64,000 nucleotides of DNA, from NCBI GenBank assembly GCA_951406725.2, contig OX597822.1, forward strand, positions 85,002,001 to 85,066,000, read 5' to 3'. Within the stretch, counting starts at the first letter, position 1. Every line of letters starts with the position of its first letter. Shown here one piece after another: positions 25,050-38,671 of the stretch. A program made the position numbers and the translations under genes. The notes beneath the pieces were generated by a model. It did no database searches. It worked only from the letters and a program-made list of their open reading frames with translations, and was not told where the DNA came from. The stretch is from Octopus vulgaris (taxonomy: Eukaryota).

Positions 25050-25403
25050 GGTAAACAGTAAAAATAATTACAGACATGGACAAGAACATGAAACGCCACA
25101 GAGACGACACAAGAACCACAGGACGGGACATTCGAAGCCCTCAGTCATCAGTCAAGAACCAGATCATCTTAGCAATTTCGGCTGATTAATCTTGAGATTG
25201 CTCCGATATGGGCAGCCCGCCACGGGAAATCTAAGCCAAGTGCATTAGATCCCCTGGAAGAAAGCTTCGAATGTATACAACACGAGGACGGAAAACGAAC
25301 GAAGTGCACGAACAAAAATACAGAATACGTGACAACAATAAGAATACAAAAACGTAAAAACAATAACGGTAAAAATAAAGTATAAAAAATAAACAACAAA
25401 ACA

Positions 25404-25405
<2 letters not shown>
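25050..25405 (-). mobile_element. (TA)n-flanked dispersed element homologous to 1485-1645 (Penelope-like remnant, inferred)
   Basis: TA runs on both sides; minus strand reads GACTGATGACTGAAGGGCTTCGAATGTCCC; internal inverted ACATTCGAAGC / GCTTCGAATGT. Confidence 0.65.
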
Positions 25406-25438
<33 letters not shown>

Positions 25439-25446
25439 GGAGGGAG

Positions 25447-25477
<31 letters not shown>

Positions 25478-26277
25478 CATATACATACACAAATGATGGA
25501 TATGTTAATATTTTCCTAAATGTGTAACAAAGCATTTTCCAAAATTTCAGATGTTCCACAATGGCATAAACCAAACTGTATGCAGAAACGAAATGTTCCA
25601 AACTGCATTTTATGCTTTTGGTTCTGCATTCAAAAATAAACAATTTATATTGAGTTATTTTAGAGATTTCTTCTTATTTCTTTTCCATATTCTTCCAGAT
25701 TCTGCTGTAGACCGGTCTTTGGTCTGTTCCAGTATAATGTCAGTTTTTCTATGAGAAGTGATCAGTAGCTTTTCACTCAGCCCTCCTCTGTTGAAAGCAA
25801 CACATAAAAATCACTCATCTTTTACGCAGTGCAACTAAGTCTGGTACTTGAATGGTACTTTGTTTATCAGCCAATGAATGATGAAAGAGTAAGCTGATAT
25901 CGGCGGCATTTGAACTCAGAGCGCAGAAAGACAGGGTAAATAGCCTACGGTGTTGTATCCAATGTTCTAATTCCTATGTCAATTCGCTGTCTTGATGTTG
26001 AGAATGAGGATTTAACTGTAAAATAACAAATATCTCTACATTCTGGTGGAATTTTAAGGACTAATCCATAACGGCGGGCTTATGATGTTGAGTGAATGAA
26101 TGAGCAAGCTAGCACTGGTTATAAAGCAACCGGAATCCTGAAATAGGAAAGGACAACTTGAGGATGGGGGTCACGTTTGGTCTGTCTGTCTGTCTGTCTC
26201 TATCTCCTTTCCTCATTCTCTCGATCTCTGTTTCGTGGATCTGGGCGATTCCCTGAATTTTCAACTAATGAAAACGT

Positions 26278-26795
26278 CGAGTTGGCAGAATCGTGAGCAG
26301 GCCAAGCAAAATGCTGAGCGACACTTCGTCCCATATTTTCGTTCCGAGTTCAAAATCTGCTAAGGTCAACTTTGCCTTTCCTCATTTTCGGATCGATAAA
26401 TGAGCACTTGGGTCGATGTGATCGACTTACTCCTCCCCTAAAATTTCAGGCCTTGTGCCTATAGTGGAAAAGATAATTAAGGCAGCGAGCTGGTAGAAAG
26501 GTTAGCACGACGGGCGAAAATGCTTAGCGGTATTTCGTCTGCCGCTACGTTCTGAGTTCAAATTCCGCCGAGGTCGACTTTGCCTTTCATCCTTTCGGGG
26601 TCGATTAAATAAGTACCAGTTACGCACTGGGGTCGATATAATCGACTTAATCCCTTCCCCCAAATTTTACGGTTTACTTTGTTTTTCATGCCTTTCGAGT
26701 TCGATAAAATAAGTACCAGACGAGAATCAGGGTCGATGTTATCGAAACACTCTTCCCTCAAAAATTACTGGCCTCTGTGCCAGAATTAGAAAGAA
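26278..26795 (+). mobile_element. Head-to-tail cluster of three SINE family C copies (26278-26478, 26481-26667, partial 26670-26795)
   Basis: Repeated GAGYTGGYAGAA head and TTTGCCTTTC...TTTCGG..TCGAT.AA core. Confidence 0.88.
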
Positions 26796-27548
26796 TGTCT
26801 TCAGAAGATCGAATTAAAATTATATAATTTTGACCCAGATTGAAACCGAAGACGCCGACTTGTTTTCGAGATTACTTCTCCATGTTAATGTTTGCTGCTT
26901 CTAATACAATGGTGACAAACCAAACAAGAATTTGAAACGAGCTAGAAATAGTAATGTCAAATAATAGAAATGTTTTAAGTTCAAAATAAGCTTCTATTAC
27001 TATAAAAAGACATTTACACATATGTACACACACACTCGCTCTTTTCCACCCCCTTCCTCTCTCAGCTTTTCTCACATCTGCGTCCTTCTAGTTTCTTATT
27101 TGTGTGTGTGTGTGTGTGTATTCTATATCTCTTGTCAGTTTCTGACTCCCTTCTCTTGTCTGTATGTTTGTCCCTCAGTTCTTTTTGTTTGTTTGTTTTT
27201 TTTATTTTGCTCCCCATTAGTCTTCTGTCTTGATAACTGATTGTTCTCAAAAGAAAAAAAAGGAAAAAAACTAAACAAACAAAAAAAAAAAAAACTAGTC
27301 TCTTTCAGAAAACCTAACGAGCGCAGACCTTGACCTGAACAGGTCTAGTGATATGTGCACAGGCTGGGGTGAACGTATGAAGCATCAGTAATTCATTATC
27401 TATCGAATGAATGTATGAAAAGAAAATCCTAAAAAAAATTAATCCTTTGGTTTAACAGTAAGTGAAGCCGATGTAGGAGTGGGTGCTTGTCTGCAGCATA
27501 TGTATATAGTACCTCAAGAGGTACTATATACATACAAGAGGTATGCAT

Positions 27549-27770
27549 CTTTTATTATTTACTTGTTTCGGTTATTAGATTGCGGCCATGCTGGGGCATC
27601 GCCCTAACAGCGTTTTGTCGAACGAATCGACGATCCCCAGAACTGTTTCTTTTTTTTGTAAAGCCTGGTACTTATTCTATCAGTTACTTTTGCCGAGCCA
27701 CTACGCCCTCGGAAACATAAATGTATCCATAACGTTTGTCAAGTGGTGATGGAGGATAAGCATAGACACC
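27549..27770 (-). mobile_element. SINE family A, 3' half
   Basis: TTTACTTGTTTCGGTTATTAGATTGCGGCCATGCTGGGGC and CCTGGTACTTATTCTATC. Confidence 0.78.
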
Positions 27771-27868
27771 CTGTACTTAACTCCATGTCCCCCTACATGG
27801 CCTTGCTATTTGCTTTTGAGCCGAATTTACTAACTAACACACACGTATATATATATATATATTATATA

Positions 27869-27908
<40 letters not shown>

Positions 27909-27910
<2 letters not shown>

Positions 27911-28086
27911 TGTAGAAAATCCCGAAGTCGTCTGGAGGTCGTGTTTGAAGTCAATGGTGATTTTATAGAACAAATTTACTCTTTAGTATTTCAAGATATT
28001 TTTATGTAATTCTAGTAAATATATCTGTTAAAATAAGATGTTGGTGTTACTTTGCGTAGTTTAGACGACAATACATTCGCCGCACC

Positions 28087-28159
<73 letters not shown>

Positions 28160-28348
28160 CATACATACAGGGTGCGGCGAATGTATTGTTGTCTAAACTA
28201 CGCAAAGTAACACCAACATCTTATTTTAACAGATATATTTACTAGAATTACATAAAAATATCTTGAAATACTAAAGAGTAAATTTGTTCTATAAAATCAC
28301 CATTGACTTCAAACACGACCTCCAGACGACTTCGGGATTTTCTACAAC
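27909..28348. repeat. Near-perfect 181-bp inverted duplication of a mariner-like transposon 3' end around a (TA)n spacer
   Basis: 27909-28089 is the reverse complement of 28168-28348 with one mismatch seen; inner ends are ...CACCCTG|TA and TA|CAGGGTG. Confidence 0.95.
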
Positions 28349-28430
28349 TCTTCTGGGCGGTCTCCTAGTTTAATTTGGTGAATGGTGCGATAATCCTTGC
28401 CTTCAGTTCATCTTGGAGTTTTGTTGACCT
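28168..28430 (-). pseudogene. 3' end of a mariner-like (probably DD37D/maT-type) transposon with transposase C-terminus
   Basis: Minus strand reads DELKARIIAPFTKLN*ETAQKSCRKSRSRLEVVFEVNGDFIEQ, the typical C..F..RL..V....G..IE C-terminus, followed by a terminus ending CACCCTG-TA. Confidence 0.8.
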
Positions 28431-28991
28431 TAAACATCTTACCGCATACCCAAGCCATATGTCTCAGAGAAAAAACGACAGGTGCATGTGGCCCTTTTCA
28501 GCACCTCCGGAATTAATGGGGAGAAAGGAAGGTGGGAAAAGAGACCACTGTTCAAAAGTTACTGCAATAGGGAAGAGCACATCAATGTCGATTTATATTT
28601 AGCATAAAACAGTGGGTTGGCACTAACAGAGCCCAAAGGACAAGTGGAGTCCCTAAAATAGATTGGGTCTTTGCTTACTAACCCCGATACTGATTAGTTC
28701 TTGTCAGCATAGATGGGATTTAGTAATCGAAGGAAAATCAATAAGAAACTCAATATGAAATTTGAGGAATTATTTGATGGATGAGGAGAACCTAAATAAA
28801 GCGGAATCCTTATCAGATGATTGTATTAAAATGGGATTAGAAGGGCTGTTGTAGTTATGGGCTAAGGAATCTGAAAAAAGAGTAAGAAGAAAAAAGAAAG
28901 AAGGGAAAGAAAAAACCAAAGAGAATGAAAGAAGAAAAGATAAATACAAGAACTAAGACAAAGCAAAGAGAGAGAATGAAGAAAGAGTAAA

Positions 28992-29038
<47 letters not shown>

Positions 29039-29593
29039 TGTGTACATATCTGAATAAACTATAGAATGAGAGAAAGCATACAATGAGATGTATACTAAAG
29101 TTTCCCGCTGGTAACCAGATGGATATTAGTTCAGGTGGATATCGCCGATCCTCAGCGGACATAAAGGGAATATCATTCTCCTTATCTCTTTCTCTCTTAG
29201 ACACCCATTTATTATACATACATACATATATATATATATATGTAGATGGGCCTATAAATATATACTTGTACTTTATTTAACATACATTCACAAATGAAAT
29301 AACATACACAAACATGTGTGCATACATTCACCCGTACACACATTCATACCTACTCCAACACATGGACTTTCATAAATGCAATGCACATAGAAACATATGG
29401 CTACAATGCACAAGACACACCAAAACCCCTTCCCTTCTCATTTCATCTTCCACTCCCACCCCCTACACGCAGCTATTCTAAAATAAATTTTAAAAAAAAA
29501 CAAATATAAATCCAAAGTTCCTAGTGCAAACATATTTAGGAAGGCATTGATATAAGAAAGCAGATCTTCCATCAAAATCTGACTGAAACTGCG

Positions 29594-29664
29594 ATGGAGG
29601 AACAAGAGGATAACAACTGCATACCAGATGGTTTGGAACCTGAACAAATATTTGAGCTACAGAT
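29594..29664 (+). CDS. Candidate first coding exon, MEEQEDNNCIPDGLEPEQIFELQ(M/I), EF-hand-protein-like N-terminus
   Basis: Good start context GCGATGG; open 23 codons plus 2 nt, followed by donor-like GTGAGG; LEPEQIFELQ resembles the helix before EF-hand 1 in calmodulin/troponin C-like proteins. No second exon recognised in the window. Confidence 0.25.
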
Positions 29665-30437
29665 GTGAGGAACCTTCGTCACACTTATCCTTCAAAGAAA
29701 TATATCACCACTTTCGAATGAACATGGCTGCCAAAATGACTGCATTATTTCAAGCAAATTACTAAAGTTTATTTCTCCATCAAATATTCAAATGCTAAGA
29801 TAACTTTAAAAGTAAAAGGGAGGGGAGTGGAGGGAGAGCGGAGATATATTGAATAAAATTATATTTAACTTGCTTCAATACACGAATTCGCATAAAAAAT
29901 CTTGCAAACCAAATGCAAAAAGGAAATGTATTTAACATTATCCCAAAACAAATCAGAAAAGGAAAATACCTTATCACCTTCAAACAATACCTGGACAAAT
30001 GTCTTCAAGAGGTTCCAGATAAGCCAAATATACGTGGATAGATCTCAATCAACAACAACTCCCTACTTGAATGGGTCAGGATACCACAAAATTTGATTAA
30101 AACTGATTTAACAAATCCTGTCATTTAGTGCTATTAAGCCAATCATGGACCGAAACATTTAAGTTGTCTAAATTACAGTCCGGTATATACCGTAGCTGAA
30201 ACGCTTTTGATCATCAACCTGTTCAATAAAAACTGACCTACGGGGTGAGAACTTCAACGAATCGATCTATCTGCAAATTGAAAGTGATTAAATCTTCAAA
30301 CCAAACTGTATTGTCTCAAAAAGGACCTACTAAACAATATAGGCGGGATGAAAACAGCTAGAACGATTTTGAACATAGATCAGTTCGTACACCAGTGAAC
30401 TAAGACCAAACAACCGCAAAAAACAAACACACATACA

Positions 30438-30484
<47 letters not shown>

Positions 30485-31951
30485 ATAAGAGAGCCTCGGT
30501 GCGGTCGTTTGATCTAGGAATATCCTATGGTACATCAAACTGCTTCTTCCAGTCAGGTTGTGCTGAGTAATTCTATTGTAGATACACTATATGCGTGTAG
30601 TGAGAAGTGAAACAGGATGGTCCTGGATAGAAAGCTGACCAAACAATGTCATTGGTATGCTGAGCACTAAATTGTCCAAAAGCAGTAGAAAGAGTGTGAA
30701 CCGAAAGAGACTTAGCTACTATTTCTAGCAATAGGTGCTGTCTCTCCTGAGGTTTGTATCCTCTTATTCTGACATCATTGCAACTATTCCTAACACGAAA
30801 CATTTTTCTTTCATATTCCTCGCGCTGCTGGTAATCATCCATAACACCCAGCGTGGCGCACAAACTTTCGCGCTAGTCATATGACCAATATCGTCTTTTG
30901 ATATTCTAATCTTCAACACTCTCGGAAATTCCTTCACACTTCATTTACGAGTCATAATTAGTGATATGATACCCATTCATAATATCGAATATTTTGAAGA
31001 ACTCTTTCAAAAAGTACACTTTTCTCAGCAATTTTATTAAACGAGAAATGAAAAAAGTAGTTACAGAAAATTGTTGTTTGAAAATATTTTCTAAACAAAT
31101 CGGTTCAAATGAAAATATTCTTATAAATGCAATCAATTAGTTTAAAATAAAATAAATTTATTCATTGTGGACTGGCTTGGTTATGTTCAGCCTCAGGTTA
31201 GTCCAGGTCAACAAGACCTTTCTTTGGTCAAATCCTTTCAGGCAATGACCATCCTAAGTTTTCTTTTCAACCTCGTTCTTCGGTTTGTTAAAAACAGTTA
31301 GCTGTTATTTCTAGTAAATCGAATAACCACATAGGAATCTTCCCTGAGTACAAGCAGTTGTTTGAAATTCAATATGGCACCAAGTTCCTTGTAACTGAAA
31401 TTCATTCCCTCCTCTTAACAAGGATCGTATACACAGATACACCCAGCGTGTAGAAGTAGAGGAAATTAGTCATATATAGTTGTTTCAAATAAGAGACGCT
31501 AAGTGGGTTAGCATCAACTTTTAGAATTGTGTTAACTTCATTCTCATGCATTTCTTGACTATCCTAACGAGCCGTCCAATCACCTATGGCACCTAGTCTT
31601 CTATCAATGAATTCTAAACAGTCTCGTGCCAGCGAAGTAACTAAACATAAATACTTGACCAACTAAAAATAGTGAACTCTCCATCAGTTCACACATTATT
31701 CGTTACAATGAATGGAAGCATTAGATATTCCGAACTGGACGAGATGGGAACGCCGTTGATCAATGAGAGGCCTCTGCGACGACCTGGTGTTAAATAAAAA
31801 CAGCATCGACAAATTACTTTCATTGAATGAGATTCATCCATGTGTGAAACTGCCTTGTTGAAGAGGGTTTGGCGATAACACCTTCACCAAGGAAAACTTT
31901 GAAACAACGGGTCAAAGTTTACTCAAGTACAAATTAGATTCGTCCGCGTGT

Positions 31952-32023
<72 letters not shown>

Positions 32024-32291
32024 TTATCCATCCATCCAAAGATTTATATACCTCTCTCTCCTTCCCATTCTTCCATATATATATATGTGTGTGTGTATGT
32101 ATACATGTGTGTATATATGTGTATATATGTGTGTGTATGCATGTATATATATATATATATGTATATATATGTGTGTGTGCATATATGTATATGTAAAAAT
32201 ACTTGTTCCTGTTCTCTGGAACTGCTGGTTTTGTTGTGTACATTAACAGATTGGATATTTGTTTCTCAGGGATCGGCCAAGTGATGTTGAC

Positions 32292-32330
32292 ACCTCTGAT
32301 GAGAACCCGATGTAGTTCGAAAATCGAGTT
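32292..32330 (+). ncRNA. Partial minimal hammerhead ribozyme motif
   Basis: CTGATGA-GAAC-ccgatgta-GTTC-GAAA with perfect stem II and near-palindromic AATCGAGTT stem III region; stem I partner not evident. Confidence 0.45.
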
Positions 32331-32395
32331 CCAATCTAAGGAGAAACAGATTAACCCTGTTTATATGTCGACTATACAGCTTATATATATATAAA

Positions 32396-32719
32396 GGAGC
32401 ACTCCTCGGTTACAACGACGAGGGTTCCAGCTGATACGATCAACGGAACAGCTTGCGCGTGAAATTAACGAGCAAGTGGCTGAGTACTCCACAGACAGGT
32501 GTACCCTTGTCACAGTACTCAGGAAGATTCAGCATGACTCAGAATGTGACATTGGCTGGACCTTTGAAATACAGGTACTACTCATTCTTGCCAGCTGAGT
32601 GGATTGGAGCAACGTGAAATAAAGTGTCTTGCTCAAGGACACGATGCGTCACTGGGGATTGAACTCACGACCTTACAATCGTGAGCCGAATGCCCTAACC
32701 ACTAACCACGCGCCTTCAC
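32396..32719 (-). mobile_element. SINE with a family B-type head and a different 3' body
   Basis: Reverse complement GTGAAGGCGCGTGGTTAGTGGTTAGGGC...GTGTCCTTGAGCAAGACACTTTATTTCACGTTGCTCCAATCCACTCAGCTGGCAAGAATGAGTA, then a body unrelated to B. Confidence 0.85.
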
Positions 32720-33199
32720 TATATATACATATGTGTGTGTGTGTGTGTATGCAGCGTGCACTTGCATGAAAGTGTATTTTATAATCTATTTATGGGAAGG
32801 TACGCATGTGTTTAAGTTATGTGTGTGTGTATGTATGTATAGGTGTGTTTGTGGATAGATATGTGTATCTGTGAATATGTGTTAGCCATATACCATACTG
32901 CACGGATGTCTGTGACAACATATCGTTGCTATTATGCAAAAGTGTCGTAAGTCCAAAACGTTGCTTTTTCAGAAAACGAAAAAAATGGTTTCACCATTCC
33001 ATTGGCAACAGTTTTAGCTTAGCAATAATTCTTTCTTGGGTACATATAATCGTAACTCCATGCATGTATGATATTTTCAGTCAGAAATATTTTTGCAAAA
33101 CTGTCGTATGTGGGACTTACTACACTTTTGAAAAATGCTAAACCGTTGTACTACAATTTGACAATTTTCATATCTTGCCATCTGAAGCAGTTGTGATAC

Positions 33200-33413
33200 G
33201 ATAGTTTGACCAAAATACTACACAGTATAGTAGGGTCAGTTGGGTACCGTCTGTGAGAAAAACAGCATCATGGCGCAATTCGCTCCGCCAGAAATTTGGA
33301 AATGGCATGCAATATTGCTTGGCATTCGCGCCGGAAGCCTTAATACGAACATTTCAGAGTGTTTGGATGTCAATCTGAGGACAGTGCAATTTGAGGACAA
33401 GTACCGAGAATGA
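33200..33413 (+). pseudogene. 5' fragment of a mariner-like transposase (N-terminal HTH)
   Basis: 33270-33413 translates MAQFAPPEIWKWHAILLGIRAGSLNTNISECLDVNLRTVQ..., with an HTH-like I...L.V..RTV pattern typical of Tc1/mariner N-termini; truncated. Confidence 0.6.
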
Positions 33414-33495
33414 TAAAAATTAAATATTGAAAACAAAAACAAAACAAAACAATGCGTTTAGCCAAATTTGGACATACTACAGTTTAACATAATAG

Positions 33496-33564
<69 letters not shown>

Positions 33565-33567
<3 letters not shown>

Positions 33568-33817
33568 GAGGCGCGTGGCTTAGTGGTTATAATGTCAGCA
33601 TCATGATCGTAAAATTGTGGTTTCGATTCCTGGACCGAGCGACGCGTTGTGTTCTTGAGCAAAACACTTCATTTCACGTTGCTCCAGTCCACTCAGCTGG
33701 CAAAAATGAGTAATGCTGCGATGGACTGGCGTCCCGTCCAGCTGGGGAACACATACGCCATTGAAACCGGGAAACCGGGCCCATGAGCCTGGCTAGGTTT
33801 TAAAAGGGCGCATTTAT
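33565..33817 (+). mobile_element. Full-length SINE family B
   Basis: Close match to 23340-23594; sits between (TG)n and (TA)n. Confidence 0.92.
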
Positions 33818-33818
33818 C

Positions 33819-33855
<37 letters not shown>

Positions 33856-33960
33856 TCACAATATAATATGATTTATGCAAGTCAAATAGCTGGTTGCATT
33901 AAAACTCAATGTAGGTTTATTGCGCTAAACCACATGTAAAATGTGTATCTATATACATTG

Positions 33961-34019
<59 letters not shown>

Positions 34020-36378
34020 TGTGTCTGTGCAGTCACATACACAGATATAATTATATGTGTGTCGGTGTGCATGAAATTGATGTAACATATACAGCCATAC
34101 TTGTGCAAGTCTGAACGCAAACAAGCACAAGTGTATATAATTACGCACACACTCAGGCGTATAAAGGACGGGGGGAGTTTTAAGAGGCCCCCATCTCAAA
34201 CCCTTAAGAAAATAGCCGTGTGCCAAATCAAAAAGAAATGATTAATTAATATAATTAATAAAACTTTATAAGTAATATTTATGTTTATAACCCTTTCTAA
34301 TTTAATTATCCACCACTCTTTGATTAATGTGGAGTATTTTTACATGATGGCATCAAACAACGCTAATGCTACCGACAGCACCGCATTAACAACAGCAACA
34401 ACACAGGTGCCTCTACGTAATCGCTCTGTCTGCTAGAAACAGCAACTAAATCGACTTCAAAATCACATCTTACTGTTTAGATGAAGAACTCGTTGGATTG
34501 TAGGGTCCTTTGCACTTTGTGCCAAGAGAAATTATTTTACCTCAGGACATTCATCATCGCAAGTTCCCTAGTATCTTTCCTTTTACATTTTGAGCTCACA
34601 GGGTCTGGTTTGAGGGAGATTTGGCCGCTATTTCTTGCAGAACGTGCGACCAGGTAGTGACTCCTTCTTCAAAAATTGAAGAATGAACGAGACCCAAACT
34701 AGTATTTTTGACCAGGTCACTTTATCCTGCGATTTTCATTTACTTTAGCTATTGAAAAAAAATACCAGATTTTATTTCAGGAAATTGATTATCACCTATT
34801 ATGTCGGTGGAATGGGAAACGAAAGTGAGGTCAGTTATTTTCGAAGGGCTTCCATCTTCAAAGAACAATTGAGAGAGAACTGTGTGTGTATGTGTGTGTT
34901 TAATCGTCGAACATCCCATCCTTCTCTAAGCTAGAACAATAAGAGAATTGCTATTCAACACACAGGTGATATAATATTCATCAAAGTTCTACTTTGACGT
35001 ATGATATACCTACATCCATTATATGATTATCTAAAAGTAGGAACATTTTGAAAGTTTAGTGTTTGTCTGAAGACATCGAAGTGTCAAACTTATCTGGTGT
35101 TTAAATCTTTGCTAATCAGCCGAAAATCTTTCGGATTCAGTCGATGCAGCAGCAATATCATCTTATAGATGTGACCAATCCTCCGGTGTCAGTCATACTC
35201 CAGATTTGTAGATTATTAGCAATTTGTCAAAGGTGATTGATATTCTGGTTCTGAAAGAGGATCATAATTTTTATGGCACATTTTTGGGGAAATGTTATTG
35301 TGTGCGGAGGAGAAAGATGCTGTGAGAGATCATCGGTGACTGTGAGATCTTGCATTCATAGCGACTCTCAGAGATTTAGCTCAAGAGTAGAAAACGTAAG
35401 GAACTGGGCTGTTTCCAACCTCCTCGAAGAGAAGTTTTCAACTGGGGAAAGTGAATTCCTGGTTCAGTTCGTCTAGAGTATACCGTTTTTCTCCCAGGTT
35501 CATGTGAATACGTATTTTTAATGTACAATAATAACTGAATCAACAAGTGTGAAGTTGTATGGGCCCGACGTTCTGTCCATATGCTCAACTAATGATATGC
35601 ATTCAGCTTAGACGAAAAAATGTTTAGAAAAGATACACAGTCTGAAACATTTGACTTTACGTTGGAAACAGCATATACATATATATATGAATATATATAA
35701 AAAGATATTCAGTCTAACAGACAATCCCCCATTTCCTCTTTTACTCCCAATAGAATTCATTCAGAAACTACAAGGAGATAAATTAAAAGCTGCTTCACTA
35801 TTGACAAGGGATGAAAGCATTTCTGAACTTATTGCTCAAAACTCTTGTGTAGATTTTGAAGTCAAGGATACATTTTTCCCATTCTGTTGTTTTGGACATT
35901 CGCTATCACCCACCACATCAATAAAAACAAACATATATACAAAAACAAAAGAGCAACGTTGGTCTATTTTCTTTGGTAATAGGTATTAAAAAAAGCCGCG
36001 TATAAATCTAGAGTCGCCTCTCCAGGGTTTTCAATTCATTTGAAAGTCTCTTTTGATCAACAACCTTTAAATGTATTCATATGGGCGCAGCAAAAGCTAA
36101 AGTTACTTTCATCTCTCAACCTTCACACACTCTAGTTCAGATTTGGGTGGTATTCGTTCGGTGTGTGGCTATGGGTGGTAGGTTCTCTCTCTTTCTCCCT
36201 CTCTCTTTCTCTATCTCTATCTCACCCTTTCTCCCAACAACTTTTAGAACAGTTGAAGATAGTGAAAAAAAAAAGAAAAGATTGATAGAAAGTTCGCAGA
36301 AAAAGTTTAGTGTGTATTTTTGTGTCTAATGTACGAATATGTGCATATAAGCATATGTGTATAATACACCACACACGT

Positions 36379-36420
<42 letters not shown>

Positions 36421-38249
36421 GGTGAAAGAGTGAGAGAGGATGATGTGTGCCTGCATATATATAATTGTGTGTGTGTGCATGCACACATACATACAAATAC
36501 ACAAGTACGTGTATATGTAGATGTGTATGCGAATCTGTACTACATATGAGAGAGAGAAAATGTAATGTCTTCATTATTTTTAGCGTTATTTTATCTATTC
36601 ATCTTTGAATTTTGGGTGACAGGAGTAAAAGTGAGCCATGGGCTACTAGCGGCCATTTTTTCTAGCCCTTCCTGGCGAAAGTCAGCTTCAGAGAAGCTAT
36701 GGCTGCAATCCAATTTCCTTTTCCGGTTGTACCCATTTTCCTTTTATCTCTATATAGCATTGTTTATGATTAGCCCCACGGCAACCTTGACTCAGCAGAT
36801 TTACAATCAGATGCGTTCCAGCCATGAACATTCAATCATTTGGGAGACATTTTGTGTCTACGACTAGACTACAACTACATTATCAAATGTGTGTTTTCAT
36901 TTTTACGAGTATGGTGTATTTTTAAGAGTCACTTGATTGCTGTTACTAGCATGTCTAGCAAATACGTAGACTCCCTTCCTGGCCTGCCAACAATGATTTA
37001 GAAGGTTACGAGAAAGGCCAGAATATTTCAGTTGCTGTTTCTGCAGCAGGAGATATAAAAAGTAACCTTCTATGCAATCGTTCAACCTGCTAAAGCTAGT
37101 AGCTATATCTCCCTCATATTTCAACGACGAAACGCTGTAGTTTGTTCTGATTCTTTGCATTCTGAGTTCTTGGGCTGCAGATTTTATCCGTTACTCGGCT
37201 TAAACGCCACCACCCGGTCCTTGCATGACTTTATCAAAGTTTGATCTGTCGCAAACATTCGAGTTATGGTAACCCCGATTTGTGAATAACGTCTTCCTAC
37301 CAGACTCCAAAGCCCCGAGAAAAGACAAAAAGTGTTTGGGATGCTGCCCTTCCCTCTCCGACTAAGCAAATAAAACCCAGACATTCCTTTGCAGACAATC
37401 ATTTCTTTACAGAACAATTGTTAGAATTGCCCAAACGTTTTGATATTCATTCAAAATGAGTTTAAGGTTCTCCTGTTATTAATTAGTTCCTTCCTCAAAC
37501 GCAATACTAAACATGTTATAGTAATCTGGTATACGAAATTGAAACAGTATACGCTATTGAAAGGGCCCAAACAGACCGAAATGCACTTGGCGTTCTCGAT
37601 GACCACTGCTGGGGCGAACTTTTGGTTCTTTGCTCTTTGTTGTGTTTTTAACACAGCAAGGCCAAGTCATGTTATCTCAGGGCAAATATGCGGTGACTGG
37701 CTTATAGACTGTATGCATACATTAAGCATGATACAAAGATGGCTATGTTCTGGTACTGTTTTGCTCCAGTTCGAAAAGACTTATCATCAACGAGGTCCTT
37801 TCCCGTCACCTTTCAGTCTTATTGGGATGTATCAAGGACTGAGTTGTCCGATACCTTATTTAAAACGTCACTGTGTTTTGAGGGAGAGTTGAATGCTGTG
37901 TTCCATAGGCTGAGTGACTACATAAAAGCTCTAGATTGACCCACAATCTATTATTGGAATGATGAATGACATTTGCGATCATAAAAAAAGAGGATGGAAA
38001 TTGCCTCAGTGAATCATCTCACCAATGTTTCCTCCATATTCTGTAAACTTTACTACTGTATAGGATGCGCTTGAGAGAGCATCTATGTGGTCGATCGACC
38101 TAGTAGAAATAACAGCCAAATATGTCCCGAAAGCATAAAAAATAATAGAATGATCTTGAAGATAATATTCGATACTTATAAGCGAAATGTCTTTGATCAT
38201 CAAGCTGCTTAATGTGACATAATCTGGGACTAAAATCAACAGCTGAACT

Positions 38250-38671
38250 CAGGGCTGGATTAAGACCCATTGAGGCCCTAAGAATGTACAAGATTTTGGT
38301 GCTCCCATTTATATATATGTCATTCAAAATGTAAACAATAATAAACCATAAAATAATTTTTCATTTTTCAAATTGAAACAAAACAGAAAAACGGAAAATA
38401 TTTTTGCATATTTTTGTATATTTCCATTTTATTTATATTTGAAAAGTTTTCTCCTTTTTTTTAATTGCAAAGTCTTTGATCAGATTCTCACTATGACATC
38501 ATGAACACTTCGGAATTATATTTCTGATCAAATAAACCACTTAGAATATTATTTAAGCAAGTTTAAAGTGATTACTTTTGTGCCGTAAACCATTTACCCT
38601 TTCTTTGCTGAACCCCTTCCCATGATGCCCTAAGCACGTGCTTATTTTGCTTAATGGTTAATCCAGCGCAG
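38250..38671. mobile_element. hAT-type MITE
   Basis: TIRs CAGGGCTGGATTAA / TTAATCCAGCGCAG; 8-bp TSD GCTGAACT (38242-38249) / GTTGAACT (38672-38679). Confidence 0.85.

Noticed and set aside
34405-34665. Inverted pair that could be MITE termini
   Set aside because: Both arms are diverged family D copies found singly elsewhere; no TSD seen.
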